Source of the DNA: an uncultured Desulfobacter sp.
GTDB taxonomy: Bacteria > Desulfobacterota > Desulfobacteria > Desulfobacterales > Desulfobacteraceae
DNA: 64,000 bases
NCBI GenBank assembly: GCA_963665095.1
Contig: OY762069.1
Coordinates: forward strand, 4,480,001 to 4,544,000
Reading direction: 5' to 3'
A program made the position numbers and the translations under genes. Positions 1-9,706 of this stretch are shown piece after piece (position 1 is the stretch's first letter; each line of letters starts with the position of its first letter). Under the pieces are notes generated by a model. That model was given only the letters and a program-made list of their open reading frames with translations. It had not been told where the DNA came from and made no database searches.

Positions 1-640
1 TGGTCAGATGAATAAAAGACAGCGGCACAAGGGATACAGCACAAAACAAGGCAAAAAACCGGACGCCAAGGCTGATGGATTTTACCCCGGATACCCCGGA
101 CAGATTCCCTTCAGGAAAAAACAGAGGGATACGAAAAAACTGGGACGTATGCTCCACCCAGAAGAAGGCCAGGCTCACGGTAATCAGTCCGCTGCCAAGC
201 CCCACCCGGATGCCCCCGGGAAATCCGACTGCCCGGAACAAAAGCGCCCCTATCGCCCAGACCGCGCCGTCCAGAATGACAATGAAAAACGGAGCATTAA
301 GTACCCTGCGCCGGGCCGCGTCCAAAAGATCCGGTGCCGGCGTTACCCCCTTATAAAACATGGACAGGCAGCGGCGAACAGGTTTTTCGTACCACAGAAT
401 CAGGGTGGAGAGGAGAACCGTACAGAATATGCCGTAAAAAATATCCAGGTAATATACCATCCCGATAAGGCTGGCAGACACCCCCTCTGCCCGGTTAAGA
501 AAAAACACATTGGTCATCCAGTCCCCCAGAATCAGGGCCAGGGCATTGCCTATGAGGACCTCGGCAAACAGATAATATTTAAACCATCTGTTTTTTATCA
601 GCCTGGCCGGGTCCATCTGCCATCCGGGTTGATCTGTCAT
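1..640 (-). CDS. Multi-pass membrane protein, N-terminal part only (runs off the window edge); possibly the sensor part of a signalling protein
   Basis: Not in the ORF track because it has no stop in the window. Hand translation from ATG 640 (or 616) is open to position 1: MTDQPGWQMDPARLIKNRWFKYYLFAEVLIGNALALILGDW...WYEKPVRR...ARRRVLNAPFFIVILDGAVW...FFWVEH...IPLFFPEGNLS; several hydrophobic helices; follows the rhomboid gene. Confidence 0.65.
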   Translation of the reverse strand, partial: MTDQPGWQMDPARLIKNRWFKYYLFAEVLIGNALALILGDWMTNVFFLNRAEGVSASLIGMVYYLDIFYGIFCTVLLSTLILWYEKPVRRCLSMFYKGVTPAPDLLDAARRRVLNAPFFIVILDGAVWAIGALLFRAVGFPGGIRVGLGSGLITVSLAFFWVEHTSQFFRIPLFFPEGNLSGVSGVKSISLGVRFFALFCAVSLVPLSFIHLT

Positions 641-664
641 GATTGGCCTGCTTTCATTGTACGG

Positions 665-1210
665 CTACCGTCTTCCCACCCGTAAAAATCCAAAGGCTGC
701 GCCAAAGCATCCGCCGGCAAGATGGCTGAACTGGGAGATCTGGTCTGCCCTGAGAATGGCCGTAATCTCGGACCCAATGTAAAGAACCGCAACCAGAATA
801 AAGGTTAATGGAATTTCTCTGGCCTTAAAGTTGGCAAAGGAGCTCAGAAGAATCATCATAAAACCAAGGCCGCTGGCCCCGATCAAAGAGGTGTGAAAAA
901 ACGCGGCATTGACCAGGGCTGTAGAGACCGCAGTCACCGCCATCATTTCAAACAACAGCCAGGATCCGTACTTCTCCTCCAGCAGCGGCCCCACAAGCAG
1001 GATAATCATAAAGTTGCCCATGAAATGGGACCAGCCCGCATGCCTGAAAACATGGGTAAAAAGCCTTAGGTAAAACTCTGGTTTTGAAAAGGCCAGCCCG
1101 GAGGGAGAGGCCATATTGAACCCCATGCTTTCTGCAACAGGCAGGGCAAGGCAGACCAGGGATAAAAAAGCAAAGGTGAGCACAACAGGGGAATTATATC
1201 TGATTCTCAT
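665..1210 (-). CDS. Rhomboid family intramembrane serine protease
   Basis: HAGWSHFMGN, catalytic GASG and SHLAGG motifs; about 6 TM helices. Confidence 0.9.
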   Translation of the reverse strand: MRIRYNSPVVLTFAFLSLVCLALPVAESMGFNMASPSGLAFSKPEFYLRLFTHVFRHAGWSHFMGNFMIILLVGPLLEEKYGSWLLFEMMAVTAVSTALVNAAFFHTSLIGASGLGFMMILLSSFANFKAREIPLTFILVAVLYIGSEITAILRADQISQFSHLAGGCFGAAFGFLRVGRR

Positions 1211-1219
1211 TATCCGTGC

Positions 1220-1627
1220 CTAAAACTCCTTGTAAATCCTTGCCAGAGGATGTCCCTGGGCCTCAATGACAAGATCATTATAGTATCCATACGCGGTTTG
1301 CGATGCATCATAGCCTGCGTTGAGAAGCCGCTCTCCAACCCTGTCTAAAAGTGCTTTTGCCTGATCAGGGTCTGCTTTTTCTTCTCCAAGATGTGTAAAT
1401 GAATGCAGCAGTATTTTAACAACATCCCACTTCCTTGCAAGCCATTTGGCATTTTTAACCAGTTTCGTCTCCGAGGAACTGGTGTCGCCCACATCTTTGG
1501 GTTCAACATGAACAAACGCGACAACCACTTTTTCCCTGGTGTCCGGTCCGGATTCAGGGACATGTTCCAGTGTTTTCATGGTTGGCGTCCAGGCAAATTT
1601 ATCACAATACCAGAATAGCACCCTCAT
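1220..1627 (-). CDS. Stand-alone archaeal-type threonyl-tRNA synthetase editing domain protein
   Basis: MRVLFWYCDKF..., VAFVHVEPKD, ILLHSFTHL, TAYGYY, GHPLAR resemble archaeal ThrRS N-terminal editing-domain motifs (YPYAHL, PFGWY, GHPL). Start moved to ATG 1627 (GAGGGAG RBS). Confidence 0.75.
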   Translation of the reverse strand: MRVLFWYCDKFAWTPTMKTLEHVPESGPDTREKVVVAFVHVEPKDVGDTSSSETKLVKNAKWLARKWDVVKILLHSFTHLGEEKADPDQAKALLDRVGERLLNAGYDASQTAYGYYNDLVIEAQGHPLARIYKEF

Positions 1628-1908
1628 TATTTGCTCCCTCATTTTTAAATAGACTGCCGACCGGAAAACCAATGGGTCCTCCATCAGCCGGCTATTGACG
1701 ATTCACACAGGACTTTACCACTGACGCCTTAATCTTTCCAGCCTGGAAACCCTGAAAGATAAGCACCCGGCCGTTCTGATAATAGTGGCGGAACGAAAAC
1801 CACGAGCCATCCAAACACTATAATATTTCCCCTTGACAGAAAATAAAGCCATATCTTACTTACCAGATATCAATTCAATGTTACGCCCAAAACAGCAATG
1901 AGGAATAT

Positions 1909-3306
1909 ATGAGACGTTTAACCCTGACAGCAGTCGTTATTTTGATTCTCCATTCTCTGACAACCAATGTTGAGGCGAATTTTGAAAAAATTAAAATTGC
2001 CGTACTCGACTTTAAAACCCAGGGCAACGACTTTGGGACCAAAGATATTGGTAAAATCGTGGCGGAATGGCTCATTACCGCCTTTGTCAATGAAGGTCGT
2101 TTTGAAGTCATCGAACGAAGACTTCTGGAGCAGATTCTTGAAGAACAGCAGATGAGTCAATCCGGGCTTGTTGATCAGGATACCGCCTCAGCAATCGGCA
2201 AACTGCTTGGTGTCAAGGTCATTATATCCGGCTCTGTTTCCAAACTTCAAAATTTCATGGAAGTCAATGCCAGGATTGTGGACGTAGAAACCGGATCCAT
2301 AATCACCGCTGAAAGTGTCTCCAGCCATCAGGTTGATGCGCTTGGCACACTGGTTCGGGACATGGCCAAAAAAATAATCAGGAACTTCCCGCTGGAGGGA
2401 TACATTGCCCACCGGGAAGATTCTGCGGTTGTCATTGACCTGGGCCGTAAAAGCGGGGTGAAGGAAGGAATGATTTTTGAGGTGTATAAAGAGGGGGAAA
2501 TTGTCAAGCACCCCAAAACCGGAGAAATCCTCTATGTCAAAAAAATTGACAGCGGCACGGTCAAAATCACCTCCGTGCAGGATAAAATAGCAAAGGGGAT
2601 AATTCTGGAAGAAATTGAGGAAACCGGCATACAATACGGAGATCAGATCAAGTCACAAACCAGTACGACCCTGCCTTCACCGCAGTCCCAAGCCACAGTG
2701 ACCGGCAGCAACAATTCCTCTGAAACAATCAGCAGTACAACCGGCCATCAGGGCCGTCTGTTTGTAACGACAACACCGTCCAGTGCCGTGGTAAGGATTC
2801 TCAACATCAAGCCCAAATATAACCCGGGGATGTCTCTGGAGGTTCAACCGTATCATATTGAGGTATCCTGTCCGGGCTTCAACACCCATACCCAGTGGTA
2901 CTCTTTGAAAGCAGGGGATAATGCACTGAATGTGGATCTGACCAGAACCAATATGGAAGCAAAAAACACCGCCCCTGATTCCTCCCCGGCGGTTAAATCC
3001 AAGCACAAAGAGTATTACACCATGCTTCTCTCAAAAGATTCAAGCCAGGTGCGGTACGGAGCTAAATATCTCTACAGAAAATTTAAAAGAGATCGGGAAG
3101 TCATTAATATGGCTCACTATGTCCTGGAAAAAAGATACATGGAAAACCCAAACGACAGGGCGTTTGTTGATGGTATGGCTTGGCTGTGCAACATTCTGGG
3201 TGCAAGCGGACAGTCCAGCCACAGGGCTTTGCTCTCCAAAGTTTCCCAGACTTCCTCCAATAAAAAACTGTGCGGTTATGCTGAAAAGAATTTGAAAAAA
3301 CTGTAA
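1909..3306 (+). CDS. Exported CsgG/HfaB (FlgO-like) domain protein with FlgT-C-like, PEGA-like and helical C-terminal domains
   Basis: Signal peptide; IAVLDF, RFEVIERRLLEQILEEQ, IGKLLGVKVIISGSV; VVIDLGRKSGVKEG; S/T-rich linker; GRLFVTTTP...Y.PGM.L..Y.IEVS.PG; GAGGA RBS. Confidence 0.75.
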   Translation: MRRLTLTAVVILILHSLTTNVEANFEKIKIAVLDFKTQGNDFGTKDIGKIVAEWLITAFVNEGRFEVIERRLLEQILEEQQMSQSGLVDQDTASAIGKLLGVKVIISGSVSKLQNFMEVNARIVDVETGSIITAESVSSHQVDALGTLVRDMAKKIIRNFPLEGYIAHREDSAVVIDLGRKSGVKEGMIFEVYKEGEIVKHPKTGEILYVKKIDSGTVKITSVQDKIAKGIILEEIEETGIQYGDQIKSQTSTTLPSPQSQATVTGSNNSSETISSTTGHQGRLFVTTTPSSAVVRILNIKPKYNPGMSLEVQPYHIEVSCPGFNTHTQWYSLKAGDNALNVDLTRTNMEAKNTAPDSSPAVKSKHKEYYTMLLSKDSSQVRYGAKYLYRKFKRDREVINMAHYVLEKRYMENPNDRAFVDGMAWLCNILGASGQSSHRALLSKVSQTSSNKKLCGYAEKNLKKL

Positions 3307-3386
3307 GTTGACGATGTGAGCATCTGCAGGGCACAGTGAAATCCAGGTGTCCTTTCAGCCAAATAACTCTCTGTCTGTCAAAACGA

Positions 3387-4157
3387 TTAAATCGTATCTG
3401 CCAAATGAATGACAACAATCCCGCCCCGGTCATATCCAAAAGGCCTGAACACCCCGGCATACCTGGAAGATATCCCTTTATAAAAGGTGGAAAACGGAAT
3501 GTGGTAGGGCCGTGTCTGGTCTGGGTCCACGTCCAGGATAGTGACCGTTCCGGTGGCCGGGTCAAAGTCTCCCACCGGCGAAATATGGGGGATGTTCAAC
3601 TCCCGGATAAAGCAGCCCTGATCAAAATGGGCAATGATCAGGCAGTTGCCTTTGGATTGAAAGGCGTTGAGGCACTGATAGATCGTGTTTCTTGCCGGAG
3701 CGCTCTTTTGTTTTTCAGCACCCTGGACCATCTCAACCCTGTGGAAGGGAATATGGTAAGCAGCAAGGCTGTCCCGGACCACATCGGTAAGGACCGCTAT
3801 GGGAAGCCCCCGCCGTCCGTTATAGCCATCCGGGCCCATGCGCTCTTTCCAGTGGGCAGTTCGCACGGTATCCAGAATGGACGCCTGGGTGACCTGTGGA
3901 CCGGAAATGCCATATTTCTCCCTGAGCGTATTGACCACGCAGACCACTGTCGCAACAGAACAGGATGATTCGTGATATTGTTTTACATGATGGCGTAACA
4001 GTCCGGCCTGAAGACTACGTCCCTTGGAAAAACCGGGAGAAGGAGCAAAAGGCCGGCCCTGGCCGGCACCAAAACACCCGGTACGTGTCAGCCAGTGAAA
4101 AAAATACCTCAGGGTCAAATAGCCCCGCACAATATAAAATCTGAACTGATTCATCAT
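3387..4157 (-). CDS. Phytochelatin synthase family protein (short prokaryotic form)
   Basis: QYHESSCSVAT (catalytic Cys, oxyanion Gln), HISPVG (His), ILDVDP (Asp). Confidence 0.8.
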   Translation of the reverse strand: MMNQFRFYIVRGYLTLRYFFHWLTRTGCFGAGQGRPFAPSPGFSKGRSLQAGLLRHHVKQYHESSCSVATVVCVVNTLREKYGISGPQVTQASILDTVRTAHWKERMGPDGYNGRRGLPIAVLTDVVRDSLAAYHIPFHRVEMVQGAEKQKSAPARNTIYQCLNAFQSKGNCLIIAHFDQGCFIRELNIPHISPVGDFDPATGTVTILDVDPDQTRPYHIPFSTFYKGISSRYAGVFRPFGYDRGGIVVIHLADTI

Positions 4158-4201
4158 GCCTGTGTTAAAAAAGCCACCCCTTTATCCGTATAAGCAGATT
4201 G

Positions 4202-4666
4202 CTATTTTTCAGGAATATCAAACTGTCTGCCGCCAAGTTCAAGACAAAGTGCCTGGTCTGTATCTTTGAGAACCGGTGTCATCTGGGCCAGTGCTTTGGG
4301 CGTGAATTTGATCAGGTGGGCCTGGCCTTGCATAAAAAGCGCGTCATCTTTTATGTACAGGGCCTCGGGAGCAAGACGGGTGACGTCCTGTGTATTCAGG
4401 GTCAATTCAATGGCATCACTGCCGATAGAAACACCCACGGCAAAGACAGCAGTCTCTTTATAGGGGAAATAAACCTTTTCTTCGCCACCGTTGATGGTCT
4501 GGCTTAAAAAATATCCCTGATCGTCCTTTTGGATGGACTGGTTGAAATATTTTATAATTTTGGGATGTTCCAGCTTTCCATGCTCATTGTGCCAGACCCC
4601 GTGGGCATCCATCCAGAAAACAGCCTGCTCTTTGGGGATGACGGTCTGTTTCTTTTCCTGGGTCAT
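4202..4666 (-). CDS. Conserved hypothetical protein (DUF1285-like)
   Basis: FWMDAHGVWHNEHGKLEHPKIIKYF...GYFL...EEKVYF motif pattern; start moved to ATG 4666 (GAAGGA RBS). Confidence 0.6.
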   Translation of the reverse strand: MTQEKKQTVIPKEQAVFWMDAHGVWHNEHGKLEHPKIIKYFNQSIQKDDQGYFLSQTINGGEEKVYFPYKETAVFAVGVSIGSDAIELTLNTQDVTRLAPEALYIKDDALFMQGQAHLIKFTPKALAQMTPVLKDTDQALCLELGGRQFDIPEK

Positions 4667-4789
4667 ACGGTTTTCCTTCTCTTGGAATTCAAGATTTCCT
4701 TGTATCGCAAATCCCCAGTGGACACAAGAAGTAAATATGGAAACCCATACGGCCCCATTGGGTCGGACAGACATTGATATATTTAACGT

Positions 4790-5983
4790 TTAAATGACGC
4801 CTGATTTCCGCAACGCTTTGATCTCTTCTTTACTGAAAGAGAGCAGTTCTGAAAGCAGGGCATCGGTATCCGCACCCAGAACCGGCCCGGCTTTATCAAC
4901 AAGGGAAGGCGTCCGGGAGAGCTTGATAGGGCAGTTCACGATGCGGTGTGGCCCGGCTTCGGGGTGCGTCACCTCTACGATCATATCCCGTTCCTTTACC
5001 TGGGGATCTGCCACAAGATCGGCCATATTATTCACCGGACCAAACATCACCTTTGTCCCTTTAAATGCATCGGCCCACTCCTGATAGGTCCGGGATCGCA
5101 TCAGAGATGTCATGGCCTCGTTAAACTCATCAAAGTGCTTAACACGTCCCAAAGGGGACCCGTAGATTTCATGTTCAATCCATGCTTCTTTTCCAGCCGC
5201 CTTGCAGAAACTGGCCCACAGGTCCACGGAATAGGCAATAAGAACCATGGGTTTATCTTTGGTTTCATACACCTGGAAAGGGGCGGCAAGGGGGTGCCGG
5301 GATCCGATGGGCTTAGGTATTTCACCGGTGGCCATGTACCGGACCATGGCGTTTTCAGCCAGGGCCACCTGGCTGTCCATCATGGAGACATCAACCCATT
5401 GGCCTTTCCCGCTGACCTGACGTTCCAAAAGAGCCGCCTGGATGCCGATTACGCAAAACAGGGCTGCTGCCAGATCCCCGATGGAGTAGCCGACTCTGAC
5501 GGCAGAATCGCCGGCATTTCCGCTGCCTGTCAGGCTGATGACACCGCCCATCCCCTGGGCCAGCATGTCATAGGCCGGCTGTTCAGCATAGGGGCCGGTC
5601 TGCCCGAAACCAGACACTGATGCGTAAACAAGTCCGGAATTGATCCGGTTCACTGCCTCATAGTCCAGTCCAAGCCGCTTCATCACACCCGGACGGAAAT
5701 TTTCCACCAGAATATCCGACTGCTTAATCAGTTCAATGGCGATCTGTCGCCCTTTTTCTTGTTTGAGATCCAGGGTCAGGCTTTTTTTTCCTCTGTTAAC
5801 ACTTAAAAAATAGCTGCTGACACCATTTATTTTAGGAATGCTGTTACGGGTCTGGTCCCCTGAACCGGGGGTTTCCACCTTAATAACATCCGCGCCTAAA
5901 TCTGCCAGGGTCATGGTGGCATAAGGCCCGGCCAGGGCTCTGCAGAAACTCAGCACTTTCAATCCGCTCAACGGTCCGCTCAT
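4790..5983 (-). CDS. CoA-transferase family III (CaiB/BaiF)
   Basis: LSGLKVL, LAGPY, DLGADVIKVE, NRGKKSL, VENFRPG, SGFGQTGP, catalytic Asp in SIGDLAAA. Confidence 0.95.
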   Translation of the reverse strand: MSGPLSGLKVLSFCRALAGPYATMTLADLGADVIKVETPGSGDQTRNSIPKINGVSSYFLSVNRGKKSLTLDLKQEKGRQIAIELIKQSDILVENFRPGVMKRLGLDYEAVNRINSGLVYASVSGFGQTGPYAEQPAYDMLAQGMGGVISLTGSGNAGDSAVRVGYSIGDLAAALFCVIGIQAALLERQVSGKGQWVDVSMMDSQVALAENAMVRYMATGEIPKPIGSRHPLAAPFQVYETKDKPMVLIAYSVDLWASFCKAAGKEAWIEHEIYGSPLGRVKHFDEFNEAMTSLMRSRTYQEWADAFKGTKVMFGPVNNMADLVADPQVKERDMIVEVTHPEAGPHRIVNCPIKLSRTPSLVDKAGPVLGADTDALLSELLSFSKEEIKALRKSGVI

Positions 5984-5998
5984 GGTTTTGATATATCC

Positions 5999-7207
5999 TT
6001 ATTGGCTGTGGTGAAGGATCTCGTCTTCATACAAGGCTTCTATGTCTTCATCTGAGTAGCCAAGAATTTCCGACAAGATCTGGTGGTTGTGTTCGCCAAG
6101 CTCCGGAAAGGCCCCCGCATCTCTATCCTCCGGCACATGTTTAATTTTCACCGGATTTCCGGCGATGTGAAAGTCCTGTCCGGAGATGGGCACCAGCATG
6201 TTCCGGGCCCTAATCTGATCAAATTCAAACAGGTCGTTGACCTGGTTGATCTTTGAGCAGGGAATGCGTGCCGCATCAATCTTTTTAAGCCAGTAATCAG
6301 CCGGACGTTCCACAAATACATCCTCCAGTATCCCTTTTAACTCATCTGCATGGTTGGTACGCGAATGGTTGTCCTTAAACCGCTCGTCTTCCGCAAGCCC
6401 GGGAAGATGGATCACCTGGCATAATTTTGTGAACAACACATCGTTTCCGGCTGCCACAATAATCTGGGTATCTTTGGTTTTAAATGCGCCAAAGGGCGTA
6501 ATGGAGGGATGCCGCGTGCCAATGGGGGTGGGGGCCTTCTGGTCTACCTGATACCGGGCAATGGCATTTTCAAGAATGGCCACACTGCTGTCCAGCATGG
6601 CAATGTCCACGTGGCCGCCACGGTTGATGATGCTCCGCCGGTAAAGCAGGGAAACTACACCGATTGCTGCAAAAACACCGGCCATGATGTCGGAAATGGA
6701 GGTACCCACACGGGTTGTTTCTCCATTCTGGTTGCCTGTGATGGAGATAAGCCCTGACAGCGCCTGGATGATCATGTCAAAGGCAGGATTATCCGACATG
6801 GGGCCGGTTTGACCGAATCCGCTGACACTGGCGCAGACCAGCCGGGGATTCACCCGGCTGATTGTTTCTTCAGAGAAACCGAGCTCTGCCATGGTTCCGG
6901 GCCTGAAATTTTCCACCAGCACATCTGAATTTTCGATAAGCCTGGTCAGAATCTCTTTTCCCCTGCTGGTTTTCAAGTCAAAACAGATGGACTGTTTTCC
7001 TGAGTTAACCGAGAGAAAATAGGAAGAAATCTTCCTGGAGCCCTCCTCTATGAACGGGCCGATATACCTTGCAAAATCACCACGCTCCGGGCGCTCAACT
7101 TTGATAACCGAAGCACCCAGATTTTTAAGGATAAGAGAACAATAGGGGCCGGCCAGGATATGTGTCATATCCAGGACACGTATGCCTTTCAACGGTTTTG
7201 AATCCAT
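5999..7207 (-). CDS. CoA-transferase family III (CaiB/BaiF), second paralogue
   Basis: PLKGIRVLDMTHILAGPY, VENFRPG, SISDIMAG; start moved to ATG 7207 because the longer ORF overlaps dctP. Confidence 0.93.
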   Translation of the reverse strand: MDSKPLKGIRVLDMTHILAGPYCSLILKNLGASVIKVERPERGDFARYIGPFIEEGSRKISSYFLSVNSGKQSICFDLKTSRGKEILTRLIENSDVLVENFRPGTMAELGFSEETISRVNPRLVCASVSGFGQTGPMSDNPAFDMIIQALSGLISITGNQNGETTRVGTSISDIMAGVFAAIGVVSLLYRRSIINRGGHVDIAMLDSSVAILENAIARYQVDQKAPTPIGTRHPSITPFGAFKTKDTQIIVAAGNDVLFTKLCQVIHLPGLAEDERFKDNHSRTNHADELKGILEDVFVERPADYWLKKIDAARIPCSKINQVNDLFEFDQIRARNMLVPISGQDFHIAGNPVKIKHVPEDRDAGAFPELGEHNHQILSEILGYSDEDIEALYEDEILHHSQ

Positions 7208-7259
7208 TATTTTTCCATAAATTTTTATATAAAAAAGCCAATTATCCGGACTGGTTTGT

Positions 7260-8309
7260 TTAATGAAACTGTATGGGTTTTCCCTGGGCTCTGGCCTGCT
7301 TGTTTTCATCTGCAATGGCCACCACTTTATTAAACAAATCGTCCGCTTTTGCGCCGAATTTTTCCTGCAGTGGTTTGAAAAATATCCCTGAAAGCGGTTT
7401 AATCCACGTTTGATACTCTTCTTCAGTCCACTGGTGGTATTCCTTAAAATTGTTTTTGTGCTGGGCCTTGATCTTATCCACGACACTGCGGGCGTCATTA
7501 TAGACGTACTCCGGCATCTGATAGCTGACTTTTTCAAAGGCTTTCTTTACAGAGTCAGGCATCTGGTTCCACTTTTCCAGATTCATGCAGACCAGTGCGC
7601 CGTTGCCGCCTGCACGGCTGTGTGTCACAGCATTTGAGATTTCCCACAGTTTGAGTGCCGAAACAGTGGCCATGGATGCATAAGCCCCGTCAACTATCCC
7701 CTTCTGCATGGCCATATATGTCTCTGCAGAAGAGACAGAGACGCCGGTTGCCCCCCAGAACTTGAGTATCCTGGACGATGAGCCCGGTGCACGGATTTTC
7801 AAACCCTTAATGTCGTCAAAGGTTTTAAATGTCCGGGGCCCCACAAGAACCTGAGGCTGGAGGAATCCGGACCAGCCGAGAAATTTCACCCCATCCTTGT
7901 TCAGAACCTTATCAATTTCATTGGCCAGCCGCGATATGATGGCCGCGGAATCTCCGATTTCCCACTTGGTTGTTTCATGGAGGATAAGCAAAAGAGGAAT
8001 TTTCCCTGCATAATAGGCCGGAACAATAGCGCACATGTCAATGGTTCCCTGGATCAGCGCTTCATACTGCTGGCGTGCCTTTACAAGCTGCTGGGCAGGA
8101 TAGAGTGTGATGCCCACCTGGTTGCCGGTCTCCTCTGCGATGCGATCAATAAAGTACCGCCAATAGGTGTTGCGGTAATCGTTGGGGGAAACATACTCAG
8201 ACCAGCTCAGCTGGATTTTGGATCCTGCAAGGGCCAGGTTGCTTGTTCCCGGCATGATCAGCGCCAGAGCCACGAGACATTTGGACAGGCTCATAAGAAG
8301 GTTTTTCAT
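7260..8309 (-). CDS. dctP: TRAP transporter substrate-binding protein
   Basis: Signal peptide; ITLYPAQQL, DIKGLKIRAPG, ETYMAMQKGIVDG; adjacent dctQ/dctM; GGAGG RBS. Confidence 0.92.
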   Translation of the reverse strand: MKNLLMSLSKCLVALALIMPGTSNLALAGSKIQLSWSEYVSPNDYRNTYWRYFIDRIAEETGNQVGITLYPAQQLVKARQQYEALIQGTIDMCAIVPAYYAGKIPLLLILHETTKWEIGDSAAIISRLANEIDKVLNKDGVKFLGWSGFLQPQVLVGPRTFKTFDDIKGLKIRAPGSSSRILKFWGATGVSVSSAETYMAMQKGIVDGAYASMATVSALKLWEISNAVTHSRAGGNGALVCMNLEKWNQMPDSVKKAFEKVSYQMPEYVYNDARSVVDKIKAQHKNNFKEYHQWTEEEYQTWIKPLSGIFFKPLQEKFGAKADDLFNKVVAIADENKQARAQGKPIQFH

Positions 8310-8353
8310 TTTCAAATTCCTCCAAAAAGGGTTTAGGACAAATGTGAATGTGG

Positions 8354-9673
8354 CTATGACATCATGTTGGGCAGAAACATAATCACATTCGGAAAAAGTA
8401 TCACAAGCACAATGGCCAGTAAGTACAGGATTACAAACGGAAATGATCCGGTTACAATATCTCCCATGGATGCATGCTCGGATGCGATGCCCTTGAGCAC
8501 AAAAAGGTTAAATCCCACAGGCGGGGTAATGGTTGCCGTCTCCAGCATCATGACGCAGATGACGCCAAAATAGATGGGGTCGAACCCCATTTGGGTGGCC
8601 AGGGGGAAGAAAATCGGCATGGTAGTCAGGATAATGGGCGTGGCATCCATGAAAAACCCAAGAAACATGAGCACAAATAATATCATGATCAGGACCGTGT
8701 AGGGTGAAAATCCCAGATCCACCACAAAACTGCAAAAACCGCTGGACACCCCGCCCCTCACGGCAGCATGCCCAAGTGCCAGTGCACCCAGAAAAATCAG
8801 GATGATAAAGGCGCCGATGCGGACACCGTCAATGGCTGCGTTGAGAATCTCTTTGAACGTGAGGCGTTTGTACAAAAGGCCGATCATGGCCGATCCCACA
8901 GCCCCGATGGAGGCCGATTCGGTGGGGGTTGCAACCCCCAGATAGATGGAAGCAAGTACCAGACCGATCAACCCCAGCAACGGCAAAACATCCAGTATCG
9001 ATTTGAGCAGACTGACGTTTTCTCCCAATGCCTCCTTGGGAATTACCGGGGCCAGGTCGGGGTTCATGATGCAGCGGATAACAATGTAAACGATGAACAG
9101 CCCAACGGTCATGATCCCGGGAAGAAATCCGCCGGCAAACATATGCCCGATGGACTGTTCTGTGACAATGCAGTACATGATCATGGCGACACTGGGGGGA
9201 ATCAGGATACCAAGCCCCCCGCCCGCAGCCAGGGCCCCGATGGATAATTTCATATTGTAGTTGTACTTCTTATATACCGGGATGGCGACCAGTCCCACAG
9301 AGGCTGCGGTTGCCACACTGGTTCCACTGATGGCGGCAAAAATAGCACAGGTCGCCACCCCCACCACGTTTAAACTGCCCGGCAGTTTTCTGAGCCAGTA
9401 TCCGATGCTTTTAAACAGATCTTCGCCAAATCCCGCCCGCTGGGCAAAGAGGGCCATCATGATGAACAGCGGTACGCAGGTAATGGCAAAGCTGTTAAGA
9501 TGATGAAAAAAATAGCCCGGGGCATCCGACAGGAATCGGGTTCCCCCTCCCAAAAGGGCCAGGTTCGCAATGGATGCGATAACCAGGGAAAAACCGACAG
9601 GGATGCCGATTGCAAGAAGGAAAAACAGCGAACCGAACATGATCATGCCAAAGGTATACCATTCTAGATCCAT
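8354..9673 (-). CDS. dctM: TRAP transporter large permease
   Basis: GIPVGFS, VPLFIMM, FAAISGTSVATAA, GILIPPS, TPTESA, ITPPVGFNLFV. Confidence 0.95.
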   Translation of the reverse strand: MDLEWYTFGMIMFGSLFFLLAIGIPVGFSLVIASIANLALLGGGTRFLSDAPGYFFHHLNSFAITCVPLFIMMALFAQRAGFGEDLFKSIGYWLRKLPGSLNVVGVATCAIFAAISGTSVATAASVGLVAIPVYKKYNYNMKLSIGALAAGGGLGILIPPSVAMIMYCIVTEQSIGHMFAGGFLPGIMTVGLFIVYIVIRCIMNPDLAPVIPKEALGENVSLLKSILDVLPLLGLIGLVLASIYLGVATPTESASIGAVGSAMIGLLYKRLTFKEILNAAIDGVRIGAFIILIFLGALALGHAAVRGGVSSGFCSFVVDLGFSPYTVLIMILFVLMFLGFFMDATPIILTTMPIFFPLATQMGFDPIYFGVICVMMLETATITPPVGFNLFVLKGIASEHASMGDIVTGSFPFVILYLLAIVLVILFPNVIMFLPNMMS

Positions 9674-9706
9674 TTTCTTCTCCAGGCGTTGGGGTAAATT
9701 ATGATA

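Noticed and set aside
8..685. 225-aa plus-strand ORF
   Set aside because: Antisense shadow of the minus-strand membrane protein (1-640); no recognisable motifs.
7208..7537. N-terminal extension of the 512-aa CoA-transferase ORF
   Set aside because: Overlaps dctP; family homology starts at MDSKPL (7207).
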